Position numbers and translations under genes: made by a program | Shown: piece after piece, positions 24,801 to 38,792 of the stretch | Layout: every line of letters begins with the position of its first letter | Numbering within the stretch: the first letter of the stretch is position 1 | Source: Eledone cirrhosa | Lineage: Eukaryota | Direction: 5' to 3' | NCBI GenBank assembly: GCA_964016885.1 | Contig: OZ024740.1 | Span: forward strand, 408,394,001-408,458,000 | DNA length: 64,000 bases | The notes under the pieces: generated by a model | Seen by the model: only the letters and a program-made list of their open reading frames with translations | Database searches by the model: none | What the model was told of the DNA's origin: nothing

Positions 24801-26016
24801 ATATAAAAGCTGTAATTGTTATACTAGACTGATCTTTATGAAGCTTGGTAGTTGGATGAAATAAAGCCACATGTGGTTTATATATTAAGTACAGTATATG
24901 TACAACAGTATATTATATATTACTGTGTATTTCTGTTACAACTACTATTTACATCGAAGTCAGTCTTGTGGTGTGTATGTGTGTGTGCACATGTGTGTTA
25001 GCATAAATATCAACACCTTATACTATTGCTATCTCAATTATATATGTCTGGATACTGGAAGAACACTCCCTGGCATGTAGAACTCCAGGCACAAGCTGCC
25101 TCATTATATTTGAAATAATACATTTATACAGAATTACTATGATTCTCTTTAAATAAATTAGCTGTTAACTGAGTGCTTTATTTCCTGAGCAATGTTAAGT
25201 ATGCTTCTAGTGTATTTCTGAAACTATGGTAGAGTTCACTCTGTTGCAAATATTTGGGCTGGACTTCTGATCTGAGGATAACTTCCCCCATTCTTCCTCC
25301 CATCAGTTTCAAAGGCTCTGAAAATGACTATGGATGCTACTCTTTCCCTTTTGACTAATTCATAAAAATTTTTTTAGAAATGTCCTTAGCCTTATAATCT
25401 ATAACAACTTTATAGTCCACATGACAATAACAAGAGAATCCTTCTATCTTGAACAGCTGCTAACTCTTTATATGTATGCCAAGACCTGCAACTCCTGATG
25501 GAGTCGTAGGGGTTCTGTAATGACATACATGTTTAAGCATTTTAAACCTGGTTGAGCCCATCTCTCCAGGTCTGAAGTCAACTGATTTCTTCTAGAGATG
25601 GGAAGGAGTGAGAGAAAGAGAGGAAGTGAGGTAAAAGTATAGAAGAATCGGCCCCAGTGCTGGACTAGTATTCTTTTTATCAACTTTGAAAGGATGAAAG
25701 GCAAACTACCTCTTTACAAATCTTCAAATCTCTTTATACTAGATTACAATTCAAATAAGGCATATGCATACACACACACATTCATATACTCACAAGTCAA
25801 TCTGTAAATTATCTGATCCTCCTATGAGTTAAGACATGTCTGCTGGATGACAAAAGATTGTTCCTTGTCATTTTAGTGACAAAGTTAGATTTTACGTTAG
25901 AAATTCAAACAAGGATTTTTATGAAATCCATCCAAAACTTTTAGAAATTTGAAACCCATGACACACTCAACACATGGACATTTACATGTGTGTTGACATT
26001 GCAAGTACTTTGTATC

Positions 26017-26086
<70 letters not shown>

Positions 26087-26154
26087 TGATTATGATGTTA
26101 AAATATGAACATCTAAGAATCACTAATGACTCATCTTACTATGCCTACTTGTAG

Positions 26155-26241
26155 GTTTGAAAGAAACCAAGTGATTGAAGGCCCACCTTATGCTGGACAG
26201 GATCGACATAATGGAGAAATTGCAGCATTTCATTTAAGCAG
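26155..26241 (+). CDS. FAM20B: FAM20B-like glycosaminoglycan xylosylkinase, internal exon A (87 bp, phase 2 to phase 2)
   Basis: cttgtag|G acceptor and AG|gtaatt donor. Translates [28 protein letters not shown](R), matching the FAM20B motif [22 protein letters not shown]. Splices in frame to exon B. Confidence 0.93.
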
Positions 26242-26944
26242 GTAATTATGTTTGTGTGTGGTTACATGTGTTTATACACGTTTGTTTGTTTTTTATTGTT
26301 TGTTTTAATGACATTGTCAGAGAATGAAGGGCAGCTCTCATAACCATCTTCAGAGACTCAGAGACTGGTGAATGGAATAGATGTAGTTATCGTCAGATCA
26401 GAGATCTGGTTTGAATGCTTATATCAAGGTAAACTCCATTCAGTAATAAACTTGATTCTAAGTTCCTACCTTACTACATCCATTTACCCATTCAATACCA
26501 GCCTGCCGAAAGCTGGATATAGTTCTATGAAACAAAACTACCCATTTTAAAGAGTTTCTATATAAACTAAAATTTTCCAACATCGTTTTATATGAGAAGC
26601 ATGTTAAGTTACTATCTTGGTAATTAAATAATTAATAATTGTAGTAATCCTTGAAGATTCTTCATTAATTAATTAAAATAAAGTGTATGTCATTAGAATA
26701 TGGTCACAAAAAGGTTAAGTTGCGTTCCTAGATAAAGCATAGGTCATTGTGTCTAATTGAGTGAGAAGAGGGAGAAATGACATTGCTTGATTGAGTCTTT
26801 AGAGATAGGAAGAGATTAATACGTGAAAGACCTTTCTTTTAACAATATAGAGGTGTCTGAATTATATATAGTTTTTTTTTAAATACCATATTAACTAAGC
26901 TAGCATTGTATACTTCCTATTTATAAAATATCATTGTTGTTGAA

Positions 26945-27188
26945 GGTGCATGGCTTAGTGGTTAGGGCATTGGGCTTGCAATCGAAAGGTTGTGAGTTCA
27001 ATTTTCAGACCAGGTGATGTGTTGTTTCCTTGAGCAAGACACTTTATTTCACATTGCTCCAGTTTACTCAGCTGTAGAAATGAGATGATAGGACTGGGGT
27101 CCCTATCATTAAATTACCCAAGACACCTCCAACGAGATATACCTTGGAGGAGGCCAGCTAAACCTGCATAGGTATGAGCTGTCACACA
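26945..27188 (+). mobile_element. SINE family 2, (CA)n-tail variant
   Basis: Near-identical to 17660-17916, with a 13-bp TSD CATTGTTGTTGAA. Confidence 0.85.
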
Positions 27189-27199
27189 CATTGTTGTTG

Positions 27200-28330
27200 A
27201 AAATATTTTAATATCTGCTTTTGGCATGAGTTGGGCTGGTCTTCTATACAGATTATTGCCAATTATTTAGCCATTTTAACAATTCATCTTTGAGGCTCTG
27301 TAACTCAATGTGTTAACATACTATATGTTCCCATGTCATTTTGGGTTTCTTTTCTTCCCCAAGTACTTTTCTTCAATAGTTCACAGCATTCGTTCAACTA
27401 ATATTTATCATCTATACCATCACACTCATCTATTCTGCATACAACAGCTGATGTCTATAATGTCCAACGATTCTTAGTTCATTTTCTATCTTTCAAACAA
27501 GTTGACATATCACATCCAATGTATTATGACCAATTTATTTCTCTAGCTCCCTCAGAATTTACACATCCAATATAGATTTACACTTCTTACATATGCTTTT
27601 CACATTTCATGGAACCCCTGTCTTACTGTAGCTATAACCATCAACAGTATTTATTAGAGAGTTGAGATAACAGAAACCCTCAATTATGTTGACTAAGCAA
27701 ACTGGGAAATTTGATGGATTTCTTTTCATAGGTTTTTTCTACTAGTAACAATTTCTATACCTCACATTTCAATTCTTTTTCTCTGTCAGCCTGCCAAAAA
27801 TCCCACTAAAAACTTTGTATATTCATTGTTTGCTGGCAGTATAGAGGAACACATTCCTACCTACTCCGTTTCTACATATTAAGCAAAGTCACAATGTCAC
27901 AATGGATTTCATTCTTTTTGTTAAAAGCTAGCACAGATTTTTGCTATATTGATCTTTAGTGCTTCAAACACTAGATCAGGCTTCCAACTCCAGAACCTTT
28001 CCTTTAATTGCTTGTTAAATTGTTCAATGAAAACACCTACAATTTTATGAAGCGCCTTCCAGATTACGGAATGAGAAACGATGTAAAAGCCCTCACCAGA
28101 TCGACAAATGCAAAATAGAATATTTCGTTTCTTGCTAAAGATTTCTCTTGCTGTTATCTAGTTAGAAATATAGCTTCTGTGTGTCTGATCAAAATTGTAT
28201 CCAATCCAAGTTAAATCTATCTTGAATGGATTTTGCTGAAACTCTCTCAGCTTTTTTTAAGATTTCATCTGTATTTTCTTATCATAGCATTTTAACCCTA
28301 TAATGCTCATTGTTAATAATTTATGAAACT
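27200..28330 (-). mobile_element. Old, heavily decayed RTE-like RT remnant
   Basis: The minus strand near 28050-28125 reads FYFAFVDLVRAF..VSHSVIWKALHK across a frameshift, resembling the RT motif AFVDLEKAFDRVP..IW.AL. Boundaries are approximate. Confidence 0.45.
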
Positions 28331-28902
28331 TCAAATATTATGCTCTTGTAGCTAAAACAACTTCAAAATTGAAAGGATTATTTACATTTGAATAATATTA
28401 TTGAATGCAAGCAAATAAAATATCTGATTCCAGCACATGTGTTAGGCCGAGATGTGTGGTTGCTGGCATGTTATGTATGGCTGCATGTGTAGCTGCAGAC
28501 ACATGCATGTGCACAAACGCACACACACAAGCCCACACACACATGCGCACATACATAGGAGTGGTGGGGTGAATTAGTGATGTTAATGGTGTTAGCTGTA
28601 GAATGTACAGGTGTTCTGGCCATATTAGTGGTGGGTTAGTGAGTGTTAGTAGTGTAGGCACTTTGCCCTAGCAGATAGGGTAACCGTGGCTTTTGTGGGA
28701 TTTCTCCATGTGTGACCCTTGGAGTCTCCTCACCTTAGAGGAATTTTTTATGTTTGTTTTTGAAATGTTTATTTCTTTAATCCCTGTTATAAATTATATT
28801 TTACACAAAAAACCCACACTGTATCGTCCTGTACTGTCTTTAATGTTTCCTTAATGTGAGTCCTGTGTGACTAATAAAGAAATTATCATTATTATTATTA
28901 TA

Positions 28903-29320
28903 AGGGCAGTGGATTGGCAGTATCGGTAGAGGGTTGGGCGCCATGGTTTTAAGCATAGAGTTACGCCCCTTTACGGTCTGAGTTCGAATCCGGCTGAGGT
29001 TGACTTTGCCTTTCATCCTTACAGGGTCGATAAAATAAAGTACCAGTAATGCACTGGGGTAATTGCTGGCTTTGTGCCAAAAGTAGAAACAATTATTATT
29101 ATTATAATTATTATCATTAATTATCGGTAGAGGGTTGGACGCCATGCTTTGCAGTATAGAGTTACGGCCCTTTATAACCTGAGTTCAAATCCTGCCGAGG
29201 TTAACTTTGCCTTTCATCCTTACGGGGTCGATAAAATAAAGTACCAGTCACACACTGGGGTCAATTTAATCAACTTTCCCCTCCGCCCAAATTGCTGGCC
29301 TTTTGCCTATATAAGAAACC
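28903..29320 (+). mobile_element. Tandem pair of SINE family 1
   Basis: Two copies of the core, separated by (ATT)n. Confidence 0.78.
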
Positions 29321-29698
29321 ATTATTTTTTTTTTTTTTCTCACTTGTCCTTTCTCTTTCTTTTCTTCTACAAATCCTCCAAGAACCCAGCCTCTGCATCA
29401 CCACCCCTCCAGGACCTCTTTTAATCTTATTTATATCTATATTTTTTCTACAACCTCTAAAAAACAATTTTGTTCTCTTGATACAAGGGGTAAACACACA
29501 CACACACACACTCTCTCTCTCACACACACATACATGCCACAAGACAAAAGATCAATTCTATATCCACACCTAAACTGAACCTTCTCACATGTGATCCAAC
29601 TGCTCACAGAATACATGAAAAAACATTTTTTAAATATTCAATATTTAATATCTAATATTTGATAAGATTGTTATACCAATTGAAACTGGTCGGATTAA

Positions 29699-29918
29699 CC
29701 CTTTAATGTTCAAACCGGCCAAAACCGGCCAGAATTCTCTACCTTTTTCTATTGAAACTGGCTATAACTGGTCACTCAAACTGATGTTAGGGTATTGTTC
29801 CCAAAATATATACTTTCAAAATCTCATAGATTCGATATTATGTGAGATAATTATGTGAGATAAAGCATTTACCATGAAAATACAATAGTATACATAGAGT
29901 AATGTGAATGCTAAAGGG
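29699..29918. mobile_element. TTAA MITE family A copy
   Basis: TTAA|CCCTTTAATGTTC..GAATGCTAAAGGG|TTAA, 220 bp. Confidence 0.85.
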
Positions 29919-30387
29919 TTAAAGAAAAAAATAATCTTTAAATATACTTCTGTACTTTTTAACTATTACCTTTGTTTTGTATACAACTTTACCTTTTTCA
30001 ACCATATACATGTATGTACATATCATCACCATCATCATTTTATGTTCGCTTTTCCCTGCTTACAAGAGCGGGACAGGTCCTATTCAGCATCTCTTCATTT
30101 GTTAGGGTCTTTCATCATCTCTGTGAGCTTCAGTGATCTGATATCAGCTCTCACCACCTCCACCCATGTTTTCTGTGGTCTTCCTCTACTGCATCTTTCT
30201 TCCACTGGGATTACTATATGTTGTTCGAATGTAAATAATCCTTACAGTTCATCCAAGCCTCCATTTATATACGTGCATATAAAGTTTTTAACACTTATCT
30301 GAATCATGTCTCAAACTCGACCGAGCCAATATTTGAATCCATTCTTTCATGTCGCTGTGTTTTAATACACACACATATGTGTGTGTG

Positions 30388-30474
<87 letters not shown>

Positions 30475-32271
30475 CAAATTTCAATCATTTTGCAGCACCT
30501 ATCAGATATTTATTTGCTGTATTCACTAATGATGTTCAAATGTAAATAATTCTTACAACTCATCCAAGCTTCCAATTATATATGTGCAGCTATGGTTGCA
30601 TGGTAAAGGAGTTTGCAGCCACATAGTTCTCTGCCCAGTCTCACTGTGCAGTACCTTTGACAAGTATATAACCTTGGGTTGACCAATGTTTTGTGGCTGG
30701 AATTTGGTAGACAGGAACTGCAAAAGCCTATCGTATGTATATAAATGTATATATAATGTGCTTGATTCTGAGTCTGTGTTAATTATTCATAACTTAGTGG
30801 TATGAGAAAAAAGGAATTGTTAAAATGAATGCCAGACTTGAAAAGAATATGTACTGGAGTTGATATGATCAACTAAATCTCACTGCTTTACACCAATAAC
30901 CCATGATTCCTTATCACTTTCTCTCTTCCTTTCACCATACTTTTCTCTCCTCACTCTGTTTCCTTCTCTTTTCATCACTCTTTTGAACTCTTTATCTTTG
31001 TTTTTTTTTCCTCCCTCTTCTTATTCTCATCCATTTTTCTTTATCTCATTCTGTCTTCTGATGAAGGACTAATATCTGATATGTTATGACACTTTTCCTA
31101 CTATATCAAGCATTAAACTAACATTGTACTGCAGCATTTTCTTGTGCTATTTTTACTTGTTCACTTTTCACACACACACACATACACATACATATATATA
31201 GAGAGAGGTAGAGGGAGAGAGAGAGTGAACAAAGTAACAGGTAAACATGGACAATAAGATGGAAGATGGTGGAAATTGAGAATATTAGTTTATGACTCAG
31301 TTGATGTTAAAAGGTCAGTACATACATTTGGGGCTACAAACTTCTTCAGAAGGTAGAGAGAGGAAAAAAAAACTGATAACATAGAAAATAAAAACACTTT
31401 TGAGCTAGTTTTTAAATCATGGCATTTATAAAGATGAGGAGATTAGAATGAGAGTATAGGCAAAGATATACATGTACAGCTAAGTGTGTGTAGACACAAA
31501 TACATGAAACACAGATACTGTGTATGTATCAGGAGAGGTTGAAAGTTAAAGAAATTAAGGTGATGAGATTGGTCAGAGTGGGTTAGAGGTTTGCATACAA
31601 ATCTATATAATGATTTTACATCAAATATACTTATCACATTTAAATAACCTGGAAAGGACCAATAAATAAATATTATTTTTTATATAATAATAATTTAGAT
31701 GTTATAGTGTTAAAAAACTGTTGCTTATAAATGCATGCAAATTTTATCTTTAATGAAAAATTTGGCAACTTAAATTTGCTCAGTTTTCCCATGTAATTAT
31801 ACGAAGGAAGTGAATACTTTTCTTTAGGCCTATTGCAATTAATATTTAACTTTATTTTCTATTTGTTCCCTATTAATATAGATAGTTTATGGCTTTAGGA
31901 AACAAATTATTTAAGCAACTGATAGCATGTTAATATCGCTGAGGATGGTTCAGTGATAATATTACTAGCATCGTATTAAAGATTATTATTCAATCATATA
32001 GTTTATAATTTTAAGCCTAATTTTGATTTTCAGTTTATCTCTCCTGAGTCACAAACATATCATTGTGGTTATGATGTTTACATTTCAGTTTCTGGGTTTG
32101 ATCCCAGTACATGGAACCTTAGCATCTAGTTGACCAATGCCTTGTTAGTGAAATAGGATAAGTGGAAATTGAGTTCAAGCTTGTCATATGTGTATGTGCA
32201 TATATATATATATACATATATGTATGTGTGTGTGTGTGTATGTGTGTGTATATATGATGATGATGATGATG

Positions 32272-32330
<59 letters not shown>

Positions 32331-33319
32331 GGGCTCTGTAGAAGTAGTAGATAGTTTGTGTTACTTGGGTGACCAAATTTGCAGTGGAGGAGGATGTTCC
32401 AAAAGTACAGTAGCTAGAGTGAGGACGGATTAGAGAAAGTTCAGGGAATTACTACCGCTGCTAACTACAAAAGGTTTTTCGCTCAAAATGAAAGGCAGAC
32501 TGTATGATGCATGTATACAAACAACAATGTTGCATGGGTAGCAAGACCTGGGCAGTATGCAGAGGACCTGCAAAGATTGAAATGAAATGAGGTCTCCATG
32601 CTTCAATGGATGTGCAATAGTAATATACGTAAATGGCAAAGCATAAATGAACTGTGAGAGAAATTAGGCAGAAGAGGGATCAGATGCAATATGCAGGAGG
32701 AGAGATTGTGTTGGTAGGGACATGTGATGTGTATGAAGGATGACAGCCATATAAAAAGGTGCAGGGCACTCAAAGTTGATGGAAGCCATGGAGTATGCAG
32801 GCTTAGGAAGACTTGGGATAAAGTGATAAAAGCTGACCTCGCACAATTGCACCTCTCAAAGGCAATGACACAGGACTGTGATCTCTGGTGCTATGCAGTA
32901 ATACAGAAGACCAACCTTCCCATATGCAGGAGCTGAGGCATACATCTAGTATGCACCACCTTCCATCCCATACACCTCCCTCGCTGTAATCACCCCACCC
33001 CTATATCTACCTCCCAAATTCCCCATGCATCTCCCTTACCCAAGTCCCCACACCATAAAGTGGTCATCTTGAAGCATCGACAAAAAGTGCTCAGTCCACA
33101 CTGTAAAGTGGACATATAGGCGTCACAACAAAAAAGCACCCAGTACACACTGTAAATGCAGTTAGTGTTTGGAAGGACATCCGAGCGTAGAAACCCAGCC
33201 AAAATCAGTTCTGTATCAGTAAAAAACACGGTCCTCCACCCTGGGTGTCTCACTACAGGACAGCATGTCCTCCCAATGCTAACATGGAAAATGGACATCA
33301 AAGGATGATGATGATGATT
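32331..33319 (+). mobile_element. RTE-clade LINE, truncated and decayed
   Basis: Reads VEVVDSLCYLGDQI..GFSLKMKGRLYDAC..MKDDSHIKRC, with an (ATG)n tail. Confidence 0.82.
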
Positions 33320-33530
33320 ATGAATGTGTTGTAGCTAGAGTGAGAACAGGATGAAAAGCTATTACCACTGCTGGCAATAAAAAGCTTTTCTCTCAGAGTG
33401 AAGGGTTGATTATATGATTTTCCAGCCTTTGCTAGTGGCGAGAATGGACATTAAAAGATGATGATAGTGATGATGATATCACTGTCACCACCAGGGAACA
33501 AATGAATCAGTGATTATTTCTATGCCTGGA

Positions 33531-33870
33531 TCATCATCATCATTTCATTTTACGTCCGCTTTTTCCCTGCTTGCAAGGGTGGGACGGGAACTGATTTTTG
33601 GCTTGATTTCTACAGCTGGATGCCCTTCCTAACACCAACCTCATTTACAGTGAGTGCTGGGTGCTTTTTTGCCGTGGCACCTCCACGACCACTTTGCAGT
33701 GGAATGATATGGACCCCAGTCCTTATCATCTCATTTCTACAGCTGAGTAAACTAGAGCAATGTGAAATAAAGTGTCTTGCTCAAGGAAACAACACATCAC
33801 CCGGTCTGAGAATTGAACTCACAACCTTTCGATTGCAAGGCCAATGCTCTAACCACTAAGCCATGTGCCT
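33531..33870 (-). mobile_element. SINE family 2, full length, RTE-tail variant
   Basis: tRNA-like head, CORE-like body, RTE 3' UTR and (ATG)n. Inserted into an older RTE UTR fragment. Confidence 0.82.
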
Positions 33871-33936
33871 CCATGGATGCTCTTCCTAATGCCAACCACT
33901 TTACAGAGTGTACAGATGACATATATAGATATGTAT

Positions 33937-34203
33937 CAGGGGCAGTGGAAGAATTTCTGAATGGGCGGGGGAGGGGGGGGGGCAAATTTGGTCAATTTAG
34001 TTGTAGCGATTAGCTTAGCTGTTATTATCAAATATCAACCAAGATATAAAAAAAAAACTTTGATATGTGATAAACATGTACATAAATTGTAGTGCATATA
34101 CAAATAGATGTGTGTTTTGGTAGTTTGGGGAGAAAAATATAATTATTGTAGGGGGAGCATGCCCCCTCCCCCTCTTGGCCCTCCCCAGTACCACTGCCCC
34201 ATG
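33937..34203. mobile_element. Putative MITE with GC-rich TIRs
   Basis: caGGGGCAGTGG..CCACTGCCCCatg termini with G-rich and C-rich subtermini. The TSD is ambiguous because it sits in (TATG)n. Confidence 0.5.
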
Positions 34204-36932
34204 TATGTATGTGTATGTGTCTTAAAATGGATTCCTAAAGTTGAGCAGTTTGTTATAACGGTAAAATAATTGAATGGAAATGATGTATTTTGATTCTGCC
34301 AACTGGGTATACATTTCTGTAAAGTGTGTGTTTATGTATATGTGTGAGTACATATGCACATGTTTCAATATTTATAACATTATCTCACATAGAGTTTACC
34401 ACAGTACCACTGTTGCCCTCAAATGAATGTGGGGTAAAATACTTTTTTTATAAAACAAGAACTATAAGAAATGTCTTCTTATTGGGTAGAAATAAAGTTA
34501 ATTAATGCCAGCCACATATATGTTGTGGTTTGTTTCAGCTACATGTATTTCTGTGTTTGTTTAGCCTTCAAAAGTGCCAATCAAGTGACATTTTGCTCAG
34601 ATAATCCAGTCCATGGTGTAAATCACAAATGTAACATACTAGATAGAAATTTAATTATTGTTTAATCTTTTGTAGATTTTAGGATTATAAGTCTGTATAG
34701 CTTTCATCGCCATTACCATCTTCCATCATGTCATTCTTTTCATCACCATCATCATGGCCATCACTGCTACTAACATCATCCTCAAGACAGCTACTACCAC
34801 CACCATCATCATTATCATTATCCAGTGATAGTATGTGTTAATCTTCTTGAAAACATACTCGATGAACCTTCTATCCTCCAATTTATCACATTCACTTCTT
34901 GAAGGTGATAGTTATTTGTTAAGAATCCCTTTCTTCATCACCTTCAGTCTGTTTTTTTTCTCCTTACCTGTCTGTACAGCTTTTAAAGAGGCAGTTCTAC
35001 CAGAGACTTGCTGTATTATAATGACTCAATAGTGATCAGTCACTGAAAATTTTGGCAAATCTTTTGATCAAGTCTAGTATAAGAACTTACTAGTTATGTT
35101 TCCCACATATCAGCTGCATCTATCTCTTATTTCTTATATTAGTAGCTTTCTATTAGACTGCATCATTGCACACTGTCAATACTAGTGAACTACAGTCTGC
35201 TGACACTAGTGTACTCCAACGTTAAGTTATGTCTTACTGTTTATTGATTACTTTCTGTCGTGTCTAGCAAAACATTATTTATGGTGTTACTCTTCACTTC
35301 TCCTTTACCTACTTCCCTCAGGCGTCATCCATGTATAAGCTAAACACCTCATGCCAAACATGCACTGACTATCAATAGACACATTAACAACATTCATGAT
35401 AATGTAGTCTCTTTCATCACAAAGATACACCTACTAGTCTAGTAGAGCTTACAACTAGTATCTTGCCGAACCTAAAACCAGTCTAGGGGGCACAATGCTT
35501 CTTCCTCTGATTATCTTGTAAAGAAAATAGTCTCACCTTCCACACAGTTTTGCATTGTTTCTTTTCTGTCAATATAAATGTGGTCTTTCATCTATCCTAG
35601 CTCAGTCCTCAGTCAGGTCAGTTAACTAAAAGTTACGTACAAACCTGTTATAATTCTACTGAATTACCACTAACAGTTAATATTTTCATTGATTTCTTCT
35701 TTTCTATCGATCACCTCCAGTTGATTAATTCATTATCAATTAACTAAGTCTGACAAGTTTGATCATGTATCTAGAAAACTTGTGATGGGTGTGAGAAGTT
35801 TGTTTCCCTGACATGACGTATTGACCATTGTCTCTTGCATTGTTAGGCTTTGTGTGTGTTGAAGTAACACTATGAACTGTCTGTACAGATTTATGTCGTG
35901 AAGAACTTTCTGTCTCATCCATCATGTTACACATTTATATACTACTGTACATAGGATTGTGGTTTAAATACAACTGATAAAACCACCCTTGGTCTCCTCC
36001 TTGATAAAGATGACAGCAATGTACTGAACAAGTTAATGAAGGAACTTTTCCTTTGCCACTCAACCTGCTAGAAATAGAAGCCAAATATTCATGAAATTAC
36101 TTTAAAATGCAAGGACACATTGAACAATGTAGTCCTAGATGTACACTGACTGAAACAATATGCGATAGTCATGACTGGAATGACTTTGATCATAAGTTTG
36201 TTTAATTGAGGCTGATTTGAAGTTAAACAGAAACAGCTGCAATTTACTTTTGTTTCCTGAGATCCTTCTACAACTTGATCCTTAACTTGAAATGTCTTTC
36301 TATATAACATACTCTTAACCCATCTTTCTTGTATTTAAAACCTTTTCTCTGGAGATTTAAAACTGTTATTTTTCTAGGTCAACAAATTTCAAATTATAGT
36401 TTTGTTACTAATTACTTCTCATATAGTTATCACATCTATAGTTCCAAACATAAACTTTCTTATATCTATTGTAGTTTATTCCTAAATCAAACAATTTTAT
36501 CTTTTGACGGGTATTAAATCATGAACTTTTGGCTGATGTCAAGATAAATAGATTTAGTTCTCTGCTTCATTGTTTTCCCCAGAATTATTGATACTATTAT
36601 ATCAGAGACTAAACTTCTCCTTAAGGGATTACTTATCTGAGAACTGTTGATGACTCTAAAACGAATTTCCTCTTTTGAAGTGTATTAAATTATGAAGTTT
36701 GAGCTGATGTGAAGAAAAACAGATTCAGTTCTCTTATTCTTACACGAATATATGATCTAACTCATCAGACTAAGAATTTCTCCATCTCTGATTTGTTGAT
36801 GATTCGTATTAAAGCGTACTGCTCAAATATATAGGATGAAGAAAACTGTTCCACACACAGACATTGAAGTCCTTATCCAAAAGAAGACTGACTGATTGAC
36901 AAAGTGTCACTCAGTAACATGAACCTTGTTAA

Positions 36933-37377
36933 CCCTTTCAGTACCAACCTGCCCAAAACTGCCTCTGGTTCCATGAAAAAAGACATCAATTTTAAAACCC
37001 TTTTTTTACCCATTAGCATTTAAACTGACCATATCCGGCCAGAATTCTCTCACCTTTTTCTGTTCAAACCAATCGTAACTGGCCGCTCATACCAATGTTA
37101 AGGTATTGTTCTCAAAATCTCGTAGATTTGATATTATGTGAGATAATTATGTAAGATAAAACCTTTACCACAAAAATACAATAGCATATATAGAGTAATG
37201 TAAATGCTAACAAGTTAATTTAAATAAAAATCTTCCAGCATAATTTTATATAGGAACTTTTTGTTAAGCTATGTTACAAATAATATCTTAATAATGAAAT
37301 AATTAGTAATCCCTCCAAATTCTTCATGAATTAACTGAAATATAATGTATTTTATTATAAATTTGGTAATGAAAGGG
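36933..37377. mobile_element. TTAA MITE family B containing a nested family A copy (about 37008-37214)
   Basis: Outer ends TTAA|CCCTTTCAGTACCAA..TTGGTAATGAAAGGG|TTGA, inner cccattagcatttaaactg..gtaaatgctaa. A related family B copy lies at about 26485-26718. Confidence 0.65.
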
Positions 37378-38170
37378 TTGACATACTTCATCATTCCTCT
37401 GTTCTCTTCTACTATCATTTATTTGTATTTGTGTTGGCAATCACCTAGAAGAGGTTGAGCAATCTACAGCCAGTAACCCAGTGTCTAGTGAACAGAAGGT
37501 AAGCATGTTTGGCAATCACAAAGGTCTCCATTGGTGAACACCATTTATGCAAGGATCAAATCTCAATTCAAGATCTGGCTTAACTGTACTAAGCGACCTC
37601 TTCAGCTTTGATATTTATACCACCCTGGGAGGAGCAGTGACACAATTGCATTACAAATGAGTTTGCTTTGTAGCAGAGTACATCACCAAATCAAAGGAAG
37701 CAACTTTGATTATGATTTCTTAAAGAAAATCAATCCAACAATGGCAACAAACTTCGGATTTTGACATAAAAAATAGAGGATTCACATTCAGTGATGGCAC
37801 AAGACAAAAACAAAATGTATTACAACTACAATAGTTCTTGCCTCTCTGAACTAGCAAGTGGTGTCTTCTAGCAACCCCATCTTATGCAATAACTTACTCT
37901 AGAAATCCCACACCAAACACCTCATCTCATCATTTTTCCTCTGATCTTCATCCCTATAAAATTCTCTCTTTACTGTCTATATTTTCTCTGTAGGCATCAA
38001 CATATACAAGTTAAAATTAATCATTAACCACACTGACCTCATCAATATGGGTGGATAGTGCTTTCCTTTCTAACTCTGCTATCACACACACAATAATAAT
38101 AAGAAGCTTCCCAAATATATCATTTCCATGCTATACCTACACTATCACATTTGCATTATTGAATACTATC

Positions 38171-38358
38171 AAGGCGGTGGATTGGCAGTATTGGTAGAGG
38201 GTCAGACGCCATGCTTTGAAGCATAGAGTTACCTCCCTTTATGATCTGAGTTCAAATCCCGTCGAGGTTAACTTTGCCTTTCATCCTTATGGGGTCGATA
38301 AAATAAAGTACCAGTAATGCACTGGGTAATTGCTGGCCTTGTGCCTAAAGTAGAAACA
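38171..38358 (+). mobile_element. SINE family 1, full length
   Basis: 16-bp TSD ATTATTGAATACTATC (38155-38170 / 38359-38374). Confidence 0.88.
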
Positions 38359-38693
38359 ATTATTGAATACTATCTGTAATTACCAACTGCTCTCTGTCTA
38401 CCCAAGTTTTGGTGAAATTAATAGTCCCCCACTACCACCATCTTAGATTTCTTAAAACTGTAAAATTATTCTATTGGAAGTGAAAATTTCCAAAACTTCT
38501 ATTTAAAAAAAAAAAATTCTACATGGTGTTAGAACACATTAAAATTCCATCTGAAAGTAAATATAATTGATTTTGTCAAATGAAGTTTGGTTCTCTGCAG
38601 CGGCATCACACCCACATACACTGCAATTTAAAACAACTTAGAGTTAACATACTCAACTAAATTGTATTCATAAATTATATATATATATACACA

Positions 38694-38792
38694 CAGGGTG
38701 TCCCCAAAAAATGTATACACACTTTGATTACTTGTACAGGCAATATTTATTAGAATGCTGTTGAAATATATATACTTTTTTTGGACACCCTA
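38694..38792. mobile_element. Tc1/mariner-type MITE, about 98 bp
   Basis: TIR CAGGGTGTCC..GGACACCCT, near-identical to 43489-43586. Confidence 0.78.
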
